Shown: positions 19,999-25,530 of the stretch, piece by piece
Numbering within the stretch: the first letter of the stretch is position 1
Layout: each line of letters opens with the position of its first letter
Assembly (NCBI RefSeq): GCF_006345805.1
Contig: NW_021836073.1
Location: 1-25,530 of the forward strand
Direction: 5' to 3'
Source: Octopus sinensis
Taxonomy: Eukaryota
Length of the DNA stretch: 25,530 nt
Notes under the pieces: model-generated
What the model saw: only the letters and a program-made list of their open reading frames with translations
Told to the model about the DNA's origin: nothing
Databases searched by the model: none
Position numbers and translations under genes: made by a program

Positions 19999-22698
19999 CT
20001 GTAAAAAAATAGAAAAGTGAAAACAAAAAATGGATGAAATAAACATGATATTAAAAGAGGAGAACCGTTGGCGATGTCTTGGTTTCCATGCCACAATAAA
20101 TATCAAGATGAAAACATTCAAAAGCAGACAAACATCAGTCAAACATTATCAACCAATCAAAACTTGCTTGCTGATTTTTAAATCATGGCGATTATATTTT
20201 GATAATCTGCCAAATCCGAAGCGGTCATTGGGCTATTTAGAAAGTTGCGTCGTCAAGTGTGGATTTGGTTGGGAAGAAAATTAGCAAAATTATTCGAAAA
20301 TAGTTGGAACTGCCAAAGATTGTTGAACATGACAACTGTAATAAACTTCAGCAGCTAACATCATTAAGTTGGCAAGATTTGGACAAATTAGCTTGCTGTC
20401 TCTGCCCAGAAGTGACTCTATAATATATTTAAAACTAACAGAGATTTAAGAACGAGAGAGGAGTTATAAAGAGAGAGTGTTAAGAAGAGAGGTGGAGAGA
20501 GAGATGAATGAGAGAAACAGAGAGAAAATATTACTATCCAGTAGTTTCAAAACAAATCAAAAGGAATGTTAATTGATGTAGTCATAGAGAAAGTACTTTG
20601 GTAAGGATTGACAAGAGATTTTTGTTCAAAAGCTTTGGCAAAAGTGAAAGTAGAACGACGAAGGTTCAACATAAACAGAATGACATGAACTAAAGAGACA
20701 GTGGAATTGTTCGAGACAAAATCATTTGGTGTTATGTACAGTTTTTAAGCCTCAATCGGAATAAGTCCTACGAGTCAATGTGTAAGCGATTCCAGATGTG
20801 TAATTTATTTTGCATCGGTACAAAATGCTCAAAAGTTGTAAATACGTATAATAAAGAGGTGCATACAGAATCCTCTATGTGCTAGAAAATACTGTCAGGT
20901 TTCCATTTAAATCATAACAGATCGTTTTAAAGATAACTATTTTAATGTGATACTTTATATACTGTAGCTAAAATTTAAAAAATAGAACAAAAGAAACATG
21001 GGCCGATGACACCTCACGACTGGGATGCTGTTTCATCACAAGATAATTTGACTGCTTAGACAACAACAACAACAACAACAACTAAGCTCACCCAGCAGTT
21101 GTTAGGTGTTTTGTTATTTTGCGGTGCTCAGTTTTGGTCCACCAACAGACTGGCACAATATAACAGGATCCTCCTCACTGTTTCGAAACATTGATTGCGG
21201 CAAATAAATATTTTTGTTATCATGCTGTGGGGACTGGAGAAAATACATAAATAAATAACAGGAAAGTCCACAGCCTCAAGAAGGTCCAGAATCCCTAATT
21301 TATCAATGTTGTCCCTGGTTCAGGTAAACTCTTTGATGCTGCAGTCATAGCTGTGGTTTATACATCATCACATAGTTGTCGTCCTTGCCGGACTATAATG
21401 GACTCCAGTGGGAATATGTGTATGTCTATATGTTGATGCGCTTTTGCATCTGGGAGACAAACGTGGTTAATTGGCTAAGAAGTTCATCATCGTTCGAAAT
21501 AACGAGAATTTGGTTTCGATCTTATGTCATGGAATCTCGCGCACGTGGATTTACCACAACCTCGAATCAAACCAAACACTAGAAGTGAATCTGAGTAGTT
21601 GGAAATGCGATTTAGTCCATCGGATGGACTGTATCAGAAATTCAGAAATTCAGAGCCGGATTTGTCTCATATTAGGTCGCACAGAATCTGTTTAAGAAGT
21701 CTATGAAGGGTACAAGTGTCTTTAATGGAGACATCTCGATTGATTAAACGACTGAAATACTCGTCGTTGACCGACGAAAGATCCAATTGCTTTGTAAGTG
21801 TAGTCAGAAGATTGAGAGGTTGTATATAAATCGGCATTCATATCTACTGACATCTGAATATAGGTTTTATATATATAACCAACTTCTCTTCTGATCGAAC
21901 CCAAAGTAAGAGTTGAGCATAACGCCCTACGCCGGTGCATCTAATACAATAAATTTCTACAGGGATCCCTGAACTAGCACATTATCACAAATACAAAGTT
22001 CGCAGCTACAGTGTATCTGAGAATCTGTCGGGGTTCTATAATACTTATCACGTTTGAAAATGTATTAATATCAATTAAATTAAATCATTCATAAATTTTA
22101 GGTTTTCTTCCCTTTCCAACTTACACATTCAATGAAGCGATTTATTTAAAAATGCATTGATGGCTGTGGATGATTTCTAAGGATTAATTCATGAGGTTGC
22201 ATTTGACGAGACTATACGCGGCAAAACTTTTTGACGCCAGCGGTGAATGGCAAATAGATAAAAATCAATGTGTTTACTTAGGAAAATACTGAATCATTAA
22301 TTTCACAAATGGATAAGTATGCAAATTATTTTAAACTTTAAACACTTGCTTTTCGGCATTTTTTTCATTTATTTTTCGTACACGATATTTAGAAAGATTA
22401 ATCAGAAGGCAGTTTTAAATTTGAATACGAAACAAATGTTAAAAGACAAAGAAAAAGAAATATTGAAAAACTTTGAAGATGAAGTTTAAAAGGTCACCAA
22501 TAATGCTAATATATATATATAGAAAAGAAAGCTTCTGAAAAAGAATCGAAACCGCATTGATTCATCGCAGTGGGCGCTTACATTTTGTTCTATGGAGTTC
22601 ACTGCTGCGGTGATGATAATATAACTAGCTGACCCTTCTCTACAAAAAGAAAACTTAGGTATATTTTAATATTTAGTATTTCGCTCGAATACCTCTTA

Positions 22699-22729
<31 letters not shown>

Positions 22730-23214
22730 ACACACACATACTCTTTCTCTCTCTCTCTCTGTCGTTCACTCATTTTCTCTTACTTTCCTACTTTCATTTT
22801 CGCTTCACTTTCTTCATTTCTTTTTTCCCATATCTATATCTATATATAGATCGAGATATAGATATCAGCTTCACATTAACTGCTGGAAATTTTCTTAATG
22901 CTGTATAATGGCGATATTGATTACATCTTTTCAACAGTATTCAATGTATCGTGATGTTGGAATTCAGACACTATTTGTTACTCAACGTTAATTCCTCTCT
23001 TGCAATCAAGTCAATCGAGATTTGTTTATTTATTTAGTTTTTTTTCATTCATTCATTCATTTATTATTAGCTATCTCTGCGTGTCTCATTTATAACTTTC
23101 AGTTCATACATTGCTTCTTCGTGTTTTTCTTTTCTTTCTTATTTCAATGTATCATCATATCTTGGGAATCGAAGGAAAATTTTGGGGCAAAGTTCGTTGA
23201 TTTTCTTTAATTCA

Positions 23215-23240
23215 TTACACATTATATAATATATATATTA

Positions 23241-23311
<71 letters not shown>

Positions 23312-23362
23312 CATATATATACATATATATATATGTATATATCTATATACATATACATATAC

Positions 23363-23404
<42 letters not shown>

Positions 23405-23432
23405 TATAAATAACATATACATATATATATAC

Positions 23433-23469
<37 letters not shown>

Positions 23470-23583
23470 CATATACACCATATATATATACATATACATA
23501 TACACCACACATATATATCTACATCTATATTATGTATGTATATATATATATATATACATACAATATATATATATATATATATA
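23215..23583. repeat. Long (TA)n/(TACA)n microsatellite field
   Basis: Seen directly. Confidence 0.93.
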
Positions 23584-23845
23584 TTGTTTTATTTTATTTT
23601 CGAATCATTGCTTGATACGGTTATTGAAAACCCAGTTCATTAACAAAAGTCACTTTATATAATATATCTTATCTCTTACAATATATTCTTGTTTTAATGA
23701 GCTAGATGCATTAGTCAAATAAAATCCCATGCTGTGAATCATGAAGATGAGTATAATTACAAAATTATATTAAAAAGCAAAGAGTTATTGCACTTGTGTT
23801 TATGTATATATATATAGTTTTTGTCTTTTAAACTAATGTTACATA

Positions 23846-24265
23846 GGCATAGGAGAGGCTGTGTGGTAAGTAGCTTGCTTACCAACCACATGGTTCCGAG
23901 TTCAGTCCCATTGCGTGGCAACTTGGGCAAGTGTCTTCTACTATTGCCTCGGGCCGACCAAAGCCTTGTGATTGGATTTGGTAGACGGAAATTGAAAGAA
24001 GCCCGTCGTATATGTGTATATATATGTATGTGTGTGTGTATATGTTTGTGTGTCTGTGTTTGTCCCCCCAACATCACTTGACAACCGATGGTGGTGTATC
24101 TGCGTCCCCGTAACTTAGCGGTTCGGCAAAAGTGACCGATAGAATAAGTACTAGGCTTACAAAGAATAAGTCCTGGGGGCTATTTGCTCGACTAAAGGCG
24201 GTGCTCCAGCATGGCCACAGTCGAATGACTGAAACAAGTAAAAGAGAATAAAGAGTAAAAGAGTA
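23846..24265 (+). mobile_element. Full-length CORE-type SINE (same family as 15756)
   Basis: Collinear high similarity to 15756-16165, with a GAGTAAAA-type repeat tail. Confidence 0.92.
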
Positions 24266-24285
24266 TTTTTTAAAGGGTTTCCAAG

Positions 24286-24457
24286 CACGGCTGTGTGGTT
24301 TAGAAGCTCACATTGCAACCATGTGATCTTAGGTTCAGTCCTACTCTTGCCACCTTGAGTAAGTTTCTTTTACGATAGCCTGAGTAGGCCAATGTTTTGC
24401 GAAATAATTTAGCAGACGGAAACTGTGTGGAAGGAAGCAGTGCGTCACACATATGCA
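24286..24457 (+). mobile_element. 5' part of a decayed CORE-type SINE
   Basis: GGCTGTGTGGTTTAG, GGTTCAGTCC, GCCACCTTGAGTAAG, AGACGGAAACTG. Confidence 0.75.
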
Positions 24458-24459
24458 TA

Positions 24460-24673
24460 CAATAGGGTTCTCAAAAGTTCCTGGTTTTAAGAGTGTCACG
24501 AAAGGCCTGGCTGGAGGACAAACCTTCCGAGTTGTTTTATAGGGCTTATAGAAACTGAAGGACCGCTGCAATAATTGTGTGAATCTGAGAGGGGAATATG
24601 TTCAATAAAATCATAATTAACTGATCCCTCCTGTATGTTTTTTAACCCCAAACCATTTTCAGCACCTCCCTCG
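24460..24673 (+). mobile_element. Mariner-derived MITE retaining the transposase C-terminal codons
   Basis: Degenerate TIRs (AGGGTTCTCAAAAGTTCC.. / ..TTTTCAGCACCTCCCTCG), TA on both sides (24458-24459, 24674-24675). 24552-24608 encodes KLKDRCNNCVNLRGEYVQ*, like the mariner C-terminus. Confidence 0.8.
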
Positions 24674-24789
24674 TATATATCGTCCACTGTATCACTATAT
24701 ATCGACTATCGGGTGTTATTATACACCGCACCGCTGATCACAATAGGCTTCTTTACTTTGTTATTGTTATCGAATGATGCTGTCCAGCT

Positions 24790-24915
24790 GGTTTGGCGAG
24801 CAAGTCAACGTTACCCTGAACGGAAGGCCACTCCGTTGCCTGGTTACTCCTTTGCAGCCGAATGCACTGAAGCAACATTAAATGAAGTGTTTTGCTCAAA
24901 AAACCCACGATCTTG
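24790..24915 (-). mobile_element. SINE fragment (CORE-type)
   Basis: Minus strand reads TTGAGCAAAACACTTCATTTAATGTTGCTTCAGTGCATTCGGCTG, homologous to the 5888 and 17689 copies. Confidence 0.6.
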
Positions 24916-25530
24916 CGAGCGTGCGTGTGCGTGTCTCCATGCTTGACAACTGATGTTGGTTTATTTAACTGAGAGAGAAAAGGAGAAAGAGAGAGGGAGG
25001 AAGAAAGACAGAGGGATAGAGAGAGAGAGAGAGCAAGGGAGAAAGAGAGAGAGGGGGTGAGGGAGAGAGAGATTTCTTACAGTTATTCTTTCGGCTAGAC
25101 ACCACGATTAAACTGATTATAACAAAAATACTGATAAAGGACAGGAGTTCAGAGAAGCGTTTTGCATACTAAATAGACTTAGAATAGTTTAAGAGAGCTT
25201 TTCAACCACACAGCCATTTCGCCAAAATTTCGATTGGCTAATTCTGATTAGATTATCTCTCTTGCTTGTATTTTTAAACGTCTCAGAGAGAAGTTTTTGT
25301 CTATTAGTTACTTGAATAATCTTATTTAATGGGAATTTTTCAGTTCACTATTTTACATGTGTGGGATTCTAGGCTATATCAGATAATTCCTATTATTTTA
25401 TTTCATTTTAATTTTAATGTGGAATTGCAGCGAGTAAGTAATACAAGCCAAATATTTATTTACAACTTGAACAACAGGAAAATACGATAAATTGAAATAT
25501 TCAAAACCTTTCAAACAATCAAACAAGTTC

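Noticed and set aside
20030-20760. ORF 20030..20284 and downstream protein-like patches, possibly a decayed transposase
   Set aside because: No recognisable motif, no TIRs, and multiple stops.
21376-21940. Short ORFs and a minus-strand GCGKST resembling a P-loop
   Set aside because: Walker A spacing is wrong, the frame has stops, and no splice sites support it.
22125-22260. Minus-strand GTAAGT donor at 22124 (similarly GTAAGA near 25080) as upstream exons
   Set aside because: Possible 5'UTR exons, but no start or acceptor can be fixed from sequence alone.
22618-22865. ATAACTAGCTGACCC start and ATATAGAT end resembling a Helitron/Helentron-type element
   Set aside because: Only short terminal motifs match. 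No subterminal hairpin or second copy is present in the window.
1328-23512. Dozens of IYIY/HTHT/VCVC ORFs
   Set aside because: They are stop-free translations of dinucleotide microsatellites.

Overview
AT-rich eukaryotic DNA dominated by repeats. It is most likely an octopod cephalopod (Octopus), because the tRNA-derived SINE families and the (TA)n/(CA)n load match my recall of octopus repeats. This is recall, not a database search. Almost all ORFs in the supplied track are microsatellite or SINE artefacts. Real content: about 20 SINE copies in two groups (Meta/MESC-like and CORE-like), an internally deleted mariner nested in a SINE, a mariner-derived MITE, a 234-bp near-perfect hairpin, and Penelope-like fragments, one with a mutated minimal hammerhead ribozyme. 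There is also a sparse minus-strand multi-exon gene of unknown identity (candidate exons 19998-19956, 16328-16286, 11636-11511, 9792-9381) with a transmembrane-like segment spanning a splice junction. The most unusual structure is at 10953-11322: two inverted retroposon 3' tails joined head to head inside one 13-bp target-site duplication.
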